The position numbers were made by a program, and so were the translations under genes. This document shows, piece by piece, positions 1 to 12,828 of a stretch of 64,000 nt of DNA. The notes under the pieces are model-generated. The model saw nothing but the letters and a program-made list of their open reading frames with translations. It ran no database searches and was not told the origin of the DNA. The first letter of the stretch is position 1. Every line of letters starts with the position of its first letter. Where the stretch lies: positions 9,501,480 through 9,565,479 of the forward strand of contig CM121342.1 in the NCBI GenBank assembly GCA_051530055.1, in the 5' to 3' direction. Source of the DNA: Neoechinorhynchus agilis (Eukaryota; Animalia; Acanthocephala).

Positions 1-619
1 TGTATAGGTTGCAAATCCTAAATATTCTTCAGTCGGCTGCTTCGGAAGCTTCATGGTAAAGCAAGGCATGTTGTGTGCGTCTGATGGTTGTAGGATGAAC
101 CTCGAGGAAACCTTTCGAATTATTGATTTAGAAATGTGCAATGTCCACTCAATTTTAAAAATGAGAAGCGTTTTAATTAGAGACAAATATAGCGCAGATA
201 AAAGTTAAGTTTGATTACGTGAGGAGACTTATTATAATACGAAGAACCTCAAATGCGTTACTTCATGATGTAAAAAATAATTTGGTTTTATTGTTTTCAA
301 ATGCTGAGTATTAATGATGGGGCTGCTGTGGCAGCTTCCGTTGAAATGCCAGGCATATTTTATAAATTTTAGACTTATTGAATATGCAGTTTTTAATATG
401 TAGAAACATTTAACAACGAGAATCGCTGGAATTAGAGTAAAGTGTTACGCTTCTAATGCAAAGTTGAAAATTTATGCATTGCCGCTCAGTTTAACAAAAA
501 TAATCTTTTAGAAGAGTAAAGATGCCAGGTTTCGGGATGTCAGCAAAGGTATTTTGTTGCCTTGGCATCAATGCTGTCGACATGCGAAACTTGCATATTC
601 ATTAAGGAAAATGCTATTT

Positions 620-2330
620 CAAATAATATTGCCAATTAATGTTTTAATAAGTCGGCTCAGGGTCTCGGCATCCAGAGTTGTGAATACAGTCGTACTTGGT
701 TGGGTTCTGGGTGATCTTCCAGAGGTTGAATGTGGCCTCGACCTGCGAGAACCACCGTCGGAGAGAAGGGTACCCACGGAAGCGATTGGGATAGCGTTAA
801 ACCAAGCACCCGATTCTTTTGTAGAGGCTGCCGCCAATCGAGTTCGGTTCACCAGGTCACGACAATCTGAAATTAAAGAGTTATGAATTCTGGATACCAG
901 GGGTGAGTCCCAAATTGAATGTTTGCAACCATTGACGTGGACCTGCCCGCTGCCTGAATCTCCACACGAAAGATTAAGAGCCTCCACGAAGTCTTCATTC
1001 AAAGTGTAATTCTCGCCAAGAAAGGATTAAACGATTTTGCGGCTTGCTTCATACAATCCCAAATAAGCTGGCAGAGAAATATCGGCTGCTTTTCGGATAC
1101 CCAAATCGCTGGACGACACAGGCAAGGACGCTTGACGCCTGGCCTCGTCCGACAGCTGAGTATTTAAAATTTTCTCGAGAAAGGCTTTCACCGTATCGTC
1201 TAATTTTGCCAGCTTATCCTTGTGTCTAAAAGCGGTGCTGCGCGCAGTTTATACAGCAGTTTGGGAATAAAGAGGGTGTTTTTGATCAGGAACAGAGCCT
1301 CGTGTAAAGAGAATTCATCAACTCGTTCGCACAGCATCGAAAGGGTCGGTTGAAGGTTGGCAATCTTTTCTTCAACATTGATCAATTCTATCGCGGGGGC
1401 CAGGTTCCAAAAGTCTTTCACTATAGTTTGCCGGACGCCTCATTTTGCACGTTTATCACTAAAATCTTGCATTTCGTAGCATTCAATGCCAATTTTCGCC
1501 ATCTGCTTCACGGGTGTTTCCCAGTCGCGATGTACAACTGAGGGGTTACCTCCGAACGTGACATCATCCAGGTACCAGCCGTTAAGGCTGGACTGGAGAG
1601 AGTGCGCGACGAGATTGACTGTGAGTGAGAAGGCCTAGGGCCCAAAGGATCCCATTGTTGAACTCCTCTTTCTGAACACAAAACCTGGTTATTGAAGAAC
1701 AAGGGTGTCGGAATCCCATAGGCATTAACGAAATAGCGAAATGCTTCTGATGCGTGATCTCTTACTACTTCAAGCAAATCTGCTCGGTGAATTGTGTTGA
1801 ATGCATTTTTGAAATCACATTTCAAGATCACGCATGGGATCGGAAACAATATCAGTAACCTTTCTATTGTGTCCTTAAAGGAATTTTGATTGGGGCAACC
1901 GAGAAATGGTTTCTATGTAAGACTAATTCGAACTGCCTATTTCAAGCGGATACATCAATACAAAAACGTTGGTCAGACTCATATATTGAGCAGGAATTTC
2001 GAAACCTCCACGATTGTTATACCAACCAAAAAAATGGGCACGCCTACTTGATGCAGCGAAACTAAATTGTCCCGTAGTTTTTTAACGCTTTACCGATTCG
2101 GTCGATTGATACTAAAATTAATGACCGCCCGTTTGGTTTCGCCAATTCCTGTAGCATGCAAGTGCGATGCCAAAACGGGGACAGCACAGGAACTCAAGGA
2201 TTCGACTGCCCTAAGACGATAGCCTCGCACAATCGCTACAGCACGATGATTGCTCTTAAACGTAGGGCTTTGGCAACGGCATTCCATATCTCCTCGAGCC
2301 AGACGGTTGTACAAGAGATGACGGGAAAAT
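620..2330 (-). mobile_element. Degenerate CRE-clade-like non-LTR retrotransposon, copy 1 (RT region, 3' truncated)
   Basis: Broken ORFs carry the CRE-type RT motifs DFKNAFNTIHR and GVQQ(W)DPLGP and downstream IPKLLYKLR and GAWFNAIP segments. About 730-1849 is near-identical (reverse complement) to about 25270-26380. The 1850-2330 boundary is uncertain. Confidence 0.8.
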
Positions 2331-2401
2331 ACCAAAAAATTCTGTGGGGATTGTCCTTATTTAAGCAAGTTAAGCGGTTGAAAACAAATGTTTATTTTCG
2401 A

Positions 2402-2436
2402 ACGAATAATTCGGGGTTTTACTCCTTCTTCAAGGT
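2402..2436 (-). ncRNA. Degenerate minimal hammerhead-like motif (family also at 32368-32395, 32641-32670, 37691-37722, 37750-37785)
   Basis: Minus strand acc-TTGAAGA-A-GGAG-taaaa-CCCC-GAAT-TATT. The downstream flank is shared with 32650-32700. Confidence 0.4.
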
Positions 2437-2559
2437 CCTGAAAAACACACGCGATCTACAAAGGTGGAGCTAGAATAAAGTCAGTGAGAAAGTTAACTCG
2501 CCCCTTCGGTTGATTACAACAACGAGTCTTACGTTACGATTACTAAGGACAAATTGTCC

Positions 2560-2775
2560 CTGGCAGCTTCAAGAGCCGATGAAATGGCGAAAAAGGCACG
2601 GAAAAAAGGAGACTCGCTATTGAGACAATCGGTGCCGTCGCACCAAGCATCGCAGAATTTTTAATAGAGGTTGGAAAATGGTTGTTAGCAACAACAAAGG
2701 ACTACAAAGCAGCCAACTGTTTTTATCAGAAAATCAGCGATTCAGAAAGGGAATGCTGCATCCTCTAGGCAATAA
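2560..2775 (+). mobile_element. Remnant of the C-terminal restriction-like endonuclease of a CRE-like element
   Basis: Translates to AIETIGA..AEFLIEVGKWLLATTKD..FYQKIS..(R)GNAAS, matching the VETLG...QRGNAASV tail seen at 27782-28000 and 33140-33420. Confidence 0.5.
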
Positions 2776-3507
2776 AGGAAAAATATGTTCATCCGTAAAT
2801 TTGATTGTGCATACATAATTAAAAAAACTCCTAACTATGAATATGGTGATATCCATTTCCCAAGGTATTTTTTAATAATAAATCCAATCGGAATATATTG
2901 CACGCAAAGATTATACAAATGCAAAGTGAAATATATGTTAAACAAATATAAAGTGAGTCAAATGAGAAAACTCAAACATAACAAGCAAGTGTTTCGGTTT
3001 TATGAGTAAAAACTTGACGACAAGCCCTCATTCAGAAGCGATATACGCAAATTCCGTTTTCAATTATGTTAATAAATAAACGATTAAAACTTAGTTAAGA
3101 TATGCATGACTCCATCGAAAGTAACTTGACTCGTGTAATCTTTTGCACGACCACACTAAACATTATTCTTAAATGGACTGCCATTTTAGCATGTGAGACA
3201 CAATGACATTTTAGAAAAACCTGAATCGCATTCCTTCAAAATCATTCAAAAAAATAAGACGTTCTCAATATCTGAATTTATTGTTGTCGCAGGAAAAGGT
3301 CTTAAATTTATTATTCACTCTTGGACTCTATAATCAATTTCATGGGCTGATGGTTGGCTTCTGAGAGTTTCGTAATGAAAAACACTTAGGCTGCTAACAT
3401 CGACATGCACAATCTTTCAATTTTCTCTTCACCAACAAAAGCAATAATTTGTCGGGGGCAATATTTAAGATTGAGTGCGATATTATAAAATGCGTCCACG
3501 GTTCGGG

Positions 3508-4834
3508 GACCGTGTGCCCCTGCTCGAAAAACCCTGCAATGTATCGTGTGTTTTCCATTGATTTTAACTACGTCACTGGCAGGTAGTTTTACGTTGAAAT
3601 TCGCCTTATTGCCTTTCATTCCATTGGCCGCAGAGATGTGTGCGAGGCCTCAAGAACCAGACGCCTTCCAACAAGATTTGGCTCTTTCTCTATAAATTCA
3701 GTGCCTTCGAAATCTATGCGATGCTGCATAGTTTCCTGGTGGTTTGAAATCGCAGATAAGCGATCAAAACGTCGACAGACTTGTTTATGTTGGGTGACTC
3801 TTTTCGGAATGCCCTGCATTGCTTGGTCGGTGTACGCCTTGTCACATTGAGTGCACCCCGCAACGAGTCGGATTATTGTACACCTTCTTCTTGGACGTGT
3901 TGGCGAGGATGATGCTTTTATTATTGTACACTCGAACTCCCCCTCGGTCCTCATAATCGAATTGATCATTTGGTTTGTTGCATCACCAAAACAAATTCAA
4001 CTCTTTCTCGGACTCTGGGAGCGGTCTTTTGTTCTGTGTTCGGTGATTGCTCCTCTTAATCCCGCAGTCAATTATCCACATAAGATATCCTCTTATTCTC
4101 AATTCCCTCACAATACTATCCCTTTCCTTAATCCATGTAACTCGAGTGGATGATATTAGAAACGCTCTCCGAAAATGCGAAGTTACCGCGGATATCTTTT
4201 GCCTCATTGGTTGATGACTGGACCAGTGCGGTGGTCCCCAAGGCACGTTGAGCTACTCAGGACGTCCAGGAACGGAATCTCTCCTTTGTAATTCTCGTTA
4301 TTAACGGTCCACTGAATGTGCGGATCTTGACTGTTCAATGCGGCCCTAAGTGATTCGTTGCTGTGGTTAGAATCAATCATAATGAACACATCATCCGCAT
4401 ACCGCCACCACCGATTAACATCCTTATGATGTTCCAAGAAAGTGGACTCCCACTCCCGCATGTAGATGTCCCTAAGGTCGGAGCTAATGGCGATCCCATG
4501 GCTACTCCATTTGTTTGATCGTAGAATGTCCCTTCGAATTCAAACGCGGTCATCCTTGTGCACCATTGGATCAGTGAATGCCAAGTAGCTAAGTCCAAAC
4601 GTGGTTCATTACAATGCTTGGTAAGTAAGTCGGCCAAAAATTCAATTGCTTTAATCAAAGGGGCATTGGTGAAAAGAGCATTCACGTCAGCCGTAAACAT
4701 CCTGTATTGCTCGACGTTAAGTTTACTCATCTCAGACGCAAACGTTGGGACGTCCTTAATGTGCAAGGCGGAGGTTGGTAAAAACGATCTTAATAAAGTA
4801 TTGATCTCTTTAGATAGCAGGTGATTGAAGCACG
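3508..4834 (-). mobile_element. Inverted 5'-truncated arm of Penelope-like element A (RT and GIY-YIG)
   Basis: Near-identical reverse complement of about 5980-7305. Shows the motifs GVAMGSPLAP, RYADDVF and C-x2-C-x3-Y-x-x-QT-like GIY-YIG residues. Confidence 0.9.
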
Positions 4835-4982
4835 AAGTTACCGCGGATATCTTTTGTCTCATTGATTGATGACTGGACAGTGCAGTGGTCCCCAAGGCAC
4901 GTTCGGTTTGTGAAATGAAGCAGTGCTTGCCCTAGTCTTGTGTTGACTGTTTAATCAGAACGTCCAGGAACGGAACATCTCA

Positions 4983-7445
4983 TACCGGGATTATCTTCAC
5001 CACAAGTAAAAATTTAACATCCCGATTTATTTTCTCGATATGATTAACATGCAGTATGGTGATAACTGTCTAAGGATAATTTTTCAACTGATTAAAACTG
5101 AGATAAAGGCAACGATGGGCGTTTCATTTCTTAAAACGTGCAGAGACGAAGGATTAATTCCAAAGTGTGCTATAATAAAATCCGGCATCATCGGCTTTCT
5201 AGATTCCCCATTGCGGAAGTTCTTTTCGAAGAAATTGATCACATCTGGTATTCATGAAATGAGGAACCGGATAGCAAATTGCAAAAGAGTATTGGCGCCC
5301 TTGTGGGAATTCGTGACACGTACCTTTGAAGGTAAAGATATAAGAACTGCTGATGACTACCTCAATTTACGAATCTATATTGCTTAACAACAGACAGCTA
5401 GGAATCACGCTTGAAAACTTGATTAATTGAGACCTCAGGCATAGGAGTTGAACAGTTATTTTGTCAATAGATCGAAGCATACCTTTTCCTCAAGTGAAAT
5501 GCAATTGCTGAGCAAAGGTCCTGACTACATTATGCAGAAGAGGATACGAGATATCAATATAAGATGTGATACAGAACAATTGATGCACGCACCTTGATCT
5601 GATTAGCTCCATCGTGGCTTATGACAGGCAAGCTCGGATCCAGAACGTTCGTGTTAATAATGACGAGACAGCAATCATGAGGTCCCTTAAGGATGCATCA
5701 GCAATATGTATTTGCAAATCTGGCAAAGGACGGGCGTCGGTGGCGATGGGCATAGATGATTATAGGAACGCTGCTTTACAACTGCTAAATATAGACAAAT
5801 TCGAGAGACTGGCAAAAGATTTCACTGTATCTTCCTTAGGAGTCGGTTGAATCGATCTCTTATAAGTACGCAATTCTATAATACTGCGAGATCTTCATTT
5901 CCCGGGCTGCGTTTTTGTACCTACTTCCGAAGATTCACAAACCTACTCTGCAATACCGTCCAATCATCGCTAGTTATATGTGCTTCAATCACCTGCTATC
6001 TAAAGAGATCAATACTTTATTAAGATCGTTTTTACCAGCCTCCGCCTTGCACATTAAGGACGTCCCAACGTTTGCGTCTGAGATGAGTAAACTTAACGTC
6101 GAGCAATACAGGATGTTTACGGCTGACGTGAATGCTCTTTTCACCAATGCCCCTTTGATTAAAGCAATTGAATTTTCGGCCGACTTACTTACCAAGCATT
6201 GTAATGAACCACGTTTGGACTTAGCTACTTGGCATTCACTGATCCAATGGTGCACAAGGATGACCGCGTTTGAATTCGAAGGGACATTCTACGATCAAAC
6301 AAATGGAGTAGCCATGGGATCGCCATTAGCTCCGACCTTAGGGACATCTACATGGGGGAGTGGGAGTCCACTTTCTTGGAACATCATAAGGATGTTAATC
6401 GGTCGTGGCGGTATGCGGATGATGTGTTCGTTATGATTGATTCTAACCACAGCAACGAATCACTTAGGGCCGCATTGAACAGTCAAGATCCGCACATTCA
6501 GTGGACCGTTAATAACGAGAATTACAAAGGAGAGATTCCGTTCCTGGACGTCCTGAGTATCTCAACGTGCCTTGGGGACCACCGCACTGGTCCAGCCATC
6601 AACCAATAAGGCAAAAGATATCCGCGGTAACTTCGTATTTTCGGAGAGCGTTTCTAATATCATCCACTCGAGTTACATGGATTAAGGAAAGGGATAGTAT
6701 TGTGAGGGAATTGAGAATAAGAGGATATCTTATGTGGATAATTGACTGCGGGATTAGGAGGAGCAATCACCGAACACAGAACAAAAGACCGCTCCCACAG
6801 TCCGAGAAAGAGTTGAATTTGTTTTGGTGATGCAACAAACCAAATGATCAATTCGATTATGAGGACCGAGGGGGAGTTCGAGTGTACAATAATAAAAGCA
6901 TCATCCTCGCCAACACGTCCAAGAAGAAGGTGTACAATAATCCGACTCGTTGCGGGGTGCACTCAATGTGACAAGGCGTACACCGACCAAACAATGCAGG
7001 GCATTCCGAAAAGAGTCACCCAACATAAACAAGCCTGTCGACGTTTTGATCGCTTATCTGCGATTTCAAACCACCAGGAAACTATGCAGCATCGCATAGA
7101 TTTCGAAGGCACTGAATTTATAGAGAAAGAGCCAAATCTTGTTGGAAGGCGTCTGGTTCTTGAGGCCTCGCACACATCTCTGCGGCCAATGGAATGAAAG
7201 GCAATAAGGCGAATTTCAACGTAAAACTACCTGCCAGTGACGTAGTTAAAATCAATGGAAAACACACGATACATTGCAGGGTTTTTCGAGCAGGGGCACA
7301 CGGTCAGCGAACCTTGAGCGAGGTTTTCTCTTTCGAAATATTTCCCAATAGTAAAGTGATTTTTAACCGGGATTATCTTCATTACAAGTCAAAATTTACC
7401 ATCCCGATGTATTTCCTCGATATAATTGTAAAATACTTACGAGTT
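4983..7445 (+). mobile_element. Penelope-like retroelement A, frameshifted (N-terminal domain, RT, GIY-YIG), flanked by short pLTR-like direct repeats
   Basis: ORFs 5040-7197 carry LPKIHKP..RPII, DVNALFTN, GVAMGSPLAP, RYADDVF and GEIPFLDV. The direct repeat accgggattatcttca..acaagt..catcccgat occurs at about 4983-5040 and 7365-7425. Confidence 0.9.
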
Positions 7446-7558
7446 AATTTTAAGCGGCGATAAATCTCGATTTTAAATTCAAACGAACGAATAATTTGCG
7501 ATGATGTTCGTTGTTATTCTAGACGGGATATTTGTATAGGAAAAACGCTTCAGTCAAA

Positions 7559-8580
7559 ATGTTCAACTGCACACATCAAAGAGGCAGGATACTCGTAGAG
7601 ATAGCCGTTTGGTCTCGCGTAGTCGTCTTACCGATATGGATAATCCTCGGTTTCACAGGCAACTTTCTTTTATACCTGGCAGTCCAATTACCGTTGTATC
7701 GAAGAATGTCCTTCTCCGTATATTTAAAAGCGATTGCTTTTATCGACACAATATTCATCATTGGCGTGCTTGGCCGATGGCTTGAATCGATTCAAGTTAT
7801 CAATCTTAATAAACTTACGAATTGCGGAGGAATATTCTTGTTCTTCTTCAGTACATCAATTCAGTCGAATTGGTTATTATTGGCAGCCAATATAGATCGA
7901 CTGATTGGAATAATAAGTCCTGGAATTGCTCGTAAATTTTCGAATAAGCGTCAATCAGTCATTTATTGTGTCATTATCATATTGACCGTGTTCGGAATCA
8001 TGCTTCAATGGCCTTTTATACTTCATTAAATCATGATTTTCTTTTAGGCCATTAAAAGATAGTCGTGCCGTATAGTTCCACGAGGTTCGATGTAGCTGGA
8101 TATCCATGTATCTTCATTCCGGCAGCTCGGAAATACGGGAAGGTCATATGGCCAATTCTGTACAACGTTCTGGGAGTTGGTTTACCGATGATTGCAATCA
8201 TTGGTTGCAATATTTATCTCTACATGCAAATTCAAGCGACGAAGAAAAGGGCAGGAAAAATATTGAACGGAAGAGTGAGACAGTCCATTCGGAATCTTAT
8301 TTTAATTTCAATGTATCACCTTCTGGCAACAACTCCCTTTGCGATAATCCAACTGATTTCCGCTTTAATAACAAAAAGAAGCAGCTGTACTGCCCAAGCA
8401 GCTTGGATGTTTACTAATATCATGGCACTACATTTTAGTATATCAGATTATTGCCTAAAATTCTATCTTTTTATTTTTCAAGGAGGCCAAGTGAGGAAAA
8501 ACATAAAGTATATTATTTTACGAAAACGTTTGCTTATGGACGAGTCACAGGCAACGATCAACGCAATATCGCGAAGTTAA
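7559..8580 (+). CDS. Class A (rhodopsin-like) peptide-receptor-type GPCR, two exons
   Basis: Seven hydrophobic segments with GFTGN (TM1), LAxxD-like IAFID (TM2), DRL in place of DRY, TM5 LP and TM6 TTPF. There is a frame break at about 8006-8058 (see findings). Confidence 0.8.
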
Positions 8581-8820
8581 AATTTCTGATATTTGAAAAA
8601 AGTTTACATGTGTATGGAAAATTAGAAATAAATCTTTAAAATCTCAAAAGAGATAGGTTTCCATTTTCAATAATATTTTCATTCTACATTCGGTGTCACC
8701 AATTAGTAAAAACCATTACATCTTTATGTTTTTGAAAATAATGCATGAGAAATTTCTCATTTTGTGAGAATTGTTAAAATAATTGGCCTTTAAAATTTAA
8801 AGAAATAATCGATAATTGTA

Positions 8821-11807
8821 ATTGTTTCGATTCACTCTCTCGGATCTTCTTCAGCGATCTAAAAAACATACACAGGGATTCTCAATTCACGCGTCACATA
8901 ACATCCGGTGGGAGTCGCATCCTTAATTTGAAATCAGGTTTATTGCCCTCGATCGTTTCGAACCTATTTATATATAAGGATTCGATGATAATACGTTCGA
9001 AACGCCGACCATTGCAAACTAGTGTTGTAGCGGCACTAAAATCAATAGTGCGCCCTGTGTTTTTTGCATGGGCCACCACTGCGGAACTAATATCCGTGTT
9101 GCGAACAACTGATGATTCGTGCTCGCTGCAAGTCTCCGAAGAGTGCAGCCGATGGCGATGGGACGAATCCCGGCATCTTTTTTCGAAAGCGCAATTCTAG
9201 CAGTCGAAAGGGCATGATGTTCAATCTCATTGATGGGACAATAAGATCGATGTCTGGCAAGGTCAGAGAAACAAAGGCGAACGATTTAAGCTGCTTGAAC
9301 GTCTTAAAGGGATTGGTCGATCAGGAGTTCTATCCATTACTGCTATCGGCTATAAATGAACGAATAGAGATGGAGGAGAGATTGATCTATAGACGACACC
9401 TGAATAAAATCGCGAATCTTACAAACAACCGACTCTTTGCGGCGTTGAACTAATATCCGTGTTGCGAACAACTGATGATTTGTGCTCCTTCATCCGTCGG
9501 GTGAAATTGTTGGTCTGCCCCACATAGACCTCTTCGCAACCGGAGCACGGAATTTTGTATACCGCACCAGATGACTGTCGGCCATTCTTGGGACATATCA
9601 ATCCGTGTAGAGTGCGTCCCCTCTTTGTGTATACATTTACTCTCTTGGCCTCGCATCCTGATTTTATGATGCGCTCCATAGCAAGATAAGAATGATCATC
9701 AGGGAATGGCAGTTCAACGTAGATCTCTTCCTTTTTAAACTTTGTCTCCCCATTGAAGGTATGACGCACATTCCGAATGCACCGTTCGACAAGATGGAGA
9801 GGATAACCATATCGACCTGATATGTACTTTAGGTAACCAATCTCCTCGTTACACAACTTAGCGTTGCTACAATGTGTAAGAGCACGGTGGATGAGTGACC
9901 TAATCCTCGAAATTTTGTATTTGCGAGGTTGGGCAGATGTCCATGGGACAAGGCCCACTGGTATACCTCTCTTTCGGTACACGCTGGTCGTGTAGTTTCC
10001 ACTGGCTAATCGGTATATCCACACATCCAGGAACGGAAACTTACCATGGTCCTCCTCCTCGATCGTCCACTGAATATTGTCGTCCCTTCCATTCAGTTCA
10101 TGTTTAAGGCGATCCATATTAGTCTCTGAAGGGTCGATCAACAGGAACGTGTCGTCCACATAACTGAATCAGATATTAACCCCCTGTATCGACGACAAAT
10201 GTTCGTCATCCCAGTGCCGCATATACAGCTCAGCAAGCACAGGGGCTAACGGGCTGCCCATGGCTACTCCATCTTTCTGGTCATAGTCGATGCTGTTGAA
10301 CTGGAAGTTGCAGAATCTGGTGCAAAACTGCAATAGCTTTCTCCAGTCACTATTAGTTAAATTCCATTCAGTGTTCGTAGACAGGAGAGGAACTGCGAGA
10401 TCTATTGCCACATCGACAGGAATTTTGGTGAAGAGGGAGATCACATCTGCCGACAGCATCCTATACTGGGAATTCCAAGACGATTTCAATCTTGAAACGA
10501 AATCCACTCTCGAGGAAACCACTCTCTCTGAAAATCCCATTGCGCTCCTCAACATGCCAGCTACTCTCCTTGAGATGTTCGTGCAGAAAGTGGAGTGTGT
10601 CGCAATTATTGGTCTGAATTTGATAGGCTCCTTATGTACTTTCGCAAGCAAATACATTTTGGGCGTTTTCGCATCGGTTTAGCGAAGGATCTTATAATCC
10701 CCATCCGGAAGCTTGCCTTGTTTTTTAAGGTTCAAAAGAAAAGAATTGAATTCTTTTTCACGACTAGACGTTGGGCATCTTGATATTCTTGCAAATTCGA
10801 CTCCATTTAAGATTTCCTCTCCTGCACTTATATACTGTTGCTGACTTAATACACAATACCCATATCCTTTATCGATCTTCAATGGAACTATCTGCGTGAA
10901 CGACTTGAGCATATTGACCCCTCTTAGCATCCTTTGTGATACATTGGAATTCACTCCACGATTCTTGAAGACAGATTCATAGAAACGCTCAAGTTTCCAG
11001 ATCGGGATATTTAGATTATCACGTTCCGTTGTCATTGCGATCGTCTCTAACATGATCCTATAGTCGATTCTCCTCGGTGCATTGTACGGAACAAAATCCG
11101 AACCATAGCTAAGCAGCTCCAAGACTTCATTCGGCAAAGCTACCCCTGAAATATTGCGGATAGAATCAGTATGTTCTGACGCCGCAAAGAGTCGGTTGTT
11201 TGTAAGATTCGCGATTTTATTCAGATGTCGTCTATAGATCAATCTCTCCTCCATCTCTATTCGTTCATTTATAGCCGATAGCAGTAATGGATAGAACTCC
11301 TGATCGACCAATCCCTTTAAGACGTTCAAGCAGCTTAAATCGTTCGCCTTTGTTTCTCTGACGTTGCCAGACATCGATCTGATTGTCCCATCAATGAGAT
11401 TGAACATCATGCCCTTTCGACTGCTAGAATTGCGCTTTCGAAAAAAGATGCCGGGATTCGTCCCATCGCCATCGGCTGCACTCTTCGGAGACTTGCAGCG
11501 AGCACGAATCATCAGTTGTTCGCAACACGGATATTAGTTCCGCAGTGGTGGCCCATGCAAAAAACACAGGGCACACTATTGATTTTAGTGCCGCTACAAC
11601 ACTAGTTTGCAATGGTCGGCGTTTCGAACGTATTGTCATTGAATCCTTATATATAAATAGGTTCGAAACGATCGAGGGCAATAAACCTGATTTCAAATTA
11701 AGGATGCGACTCCCACCGGATGTTATGTGACGCGTGAATTGAGAATCTCTGTGTATGTTTTTTAGATCGCTGAAGAAGATCCGAGATAGTGGATCGAAAT
11801 ATCCAAT
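8821..11807 (-). mobile_element. Penelope-like retroelement B with about 620-bp terminal inverted repeats
   Basis: Minus-strand ORFs 11512-10679, 10657-10169 and 10159-9419 carry LAKVHK..RPII, DVISLFT, GVAMGSPLAP, YVDDTF, FPFLDV and VYKIPCSGCEEVYVGQT (GIY-YIG). 8821-9445 is the reverse complement of 11179-11799. Confidence 0.9.
11766..11807 (+). ncRNA. Minimal type-I hammerhead ribozyme of the PLE-B pLTR (truncated mirror copy at 8821-8858, minus)
   Basis: atcg-CTGAAGA-A-GATCC-gagatagt-GGATC-GAAA-TA-TC-caat: intact core, 5-bp stem II and palindromic ATAT stem III, the architecture known for PLE-associated hammerheads. Confidence 0.75.
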
Positions 11808-12019
11808 AAAATCTTAATTTCATTTGTTAACTCCTATCCACAAATAAAAATGAATTATCTTTTCAACAATTGTAATTGTCAACACCAGCAATTATTATTC
11901 ATTTTCAAATCATTTTGTGTCTGAAAACGGTTACATTTTTTTTGAAAATAATGAGGCCAAATTTTGACCCAAATGACAACCAACAATCGAATCAGCCAAA
12001 GGTCTAAGGCTTTCCCTAT

Positions 12020-12420
12020 ATGCGCCGCGCAGGTTCTTCGTGCGGAGCTTGTGCTAAATCATCAAGGGCTACCGTGGTGCGACCAGCCATGTTATATGGT
12101 GCAGAAACTTGGACGACCAAACAAAACGACCTTAGAAGATTAGAAACTAACGAGATGAGAATGCTGAGATGGGCAGCAGGGTACACTCTCAAGGATAAGA
12201 AAAGAAATGTGGACATCAGGGAGCTGTGCGGCACTTGCCGCTATTCAGAGTTGAACGTCCAAGGAAGGTTGCGCTGGCACGACAAAAGTTTCGAAGTGCA
12301 AAGCAGATCGCATACTGCGCAGCACGGAGAAACTAGAAATAACGGGAAATCGCCGACGAGGAAGGCCGAAGAAGCGATGGGTTTATTACATCAAACAGGA
12401 TAAATTGATTGTCGAGGGAA
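12020..12420 (+). mobile_element. 3' fragment of an RTE-clade LINE
   Basis: VVRPAMLYGAETW...RLETNEMRMLRW..G.TLKDKKRN.DIRE...RLRW is the characteristic post-RT C-terminus of RTE elements. Confidence 0.75.
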
Positions 12421-12828
12421 CCGCAACCTCTCGAGAGAGAAAAATGCGTGAGTGAGAAGAATGAGTGTATAATATGAGCTATCACCGACAAATAATTGGA
12501 ATAATAAGTCAGTTGTATCATATACTTAATAATCATGAGAATACCTTCCAGTTGCACGTCATTGTTGTTTCTCCCACGAAGTGAATTGGACGAGCACTGG
12601 CGTTTGCATTAGTATCTCAATGGGTCGGAATATGTCGGTGTCCTTTATAAGTTTATCGACTTCGTTGTCATTGATTTGTCCTTCGAGTGAACTATTGAGA
12701 ATAGACGTTTGGATATCGAGAAGATACTCCGTTATATGGTCATCTGGGATGTATCTTGCCGCGCTGTGGATAATTTTTGGATTCACTCCATTGGCTGTAT
12801 TTGTTTTCTGTGCTTCCGATTTCGCCAT
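12333..12828 (-). CDS. Unknown small protein, possibly two exons
   Basis: ATG-initiated 89-aa ORF with plausible composition. It can join the downstream open frame through a 55-nt hairpin-bounded segment (12599-12545). No homology recognised. Confidence 0.35.
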
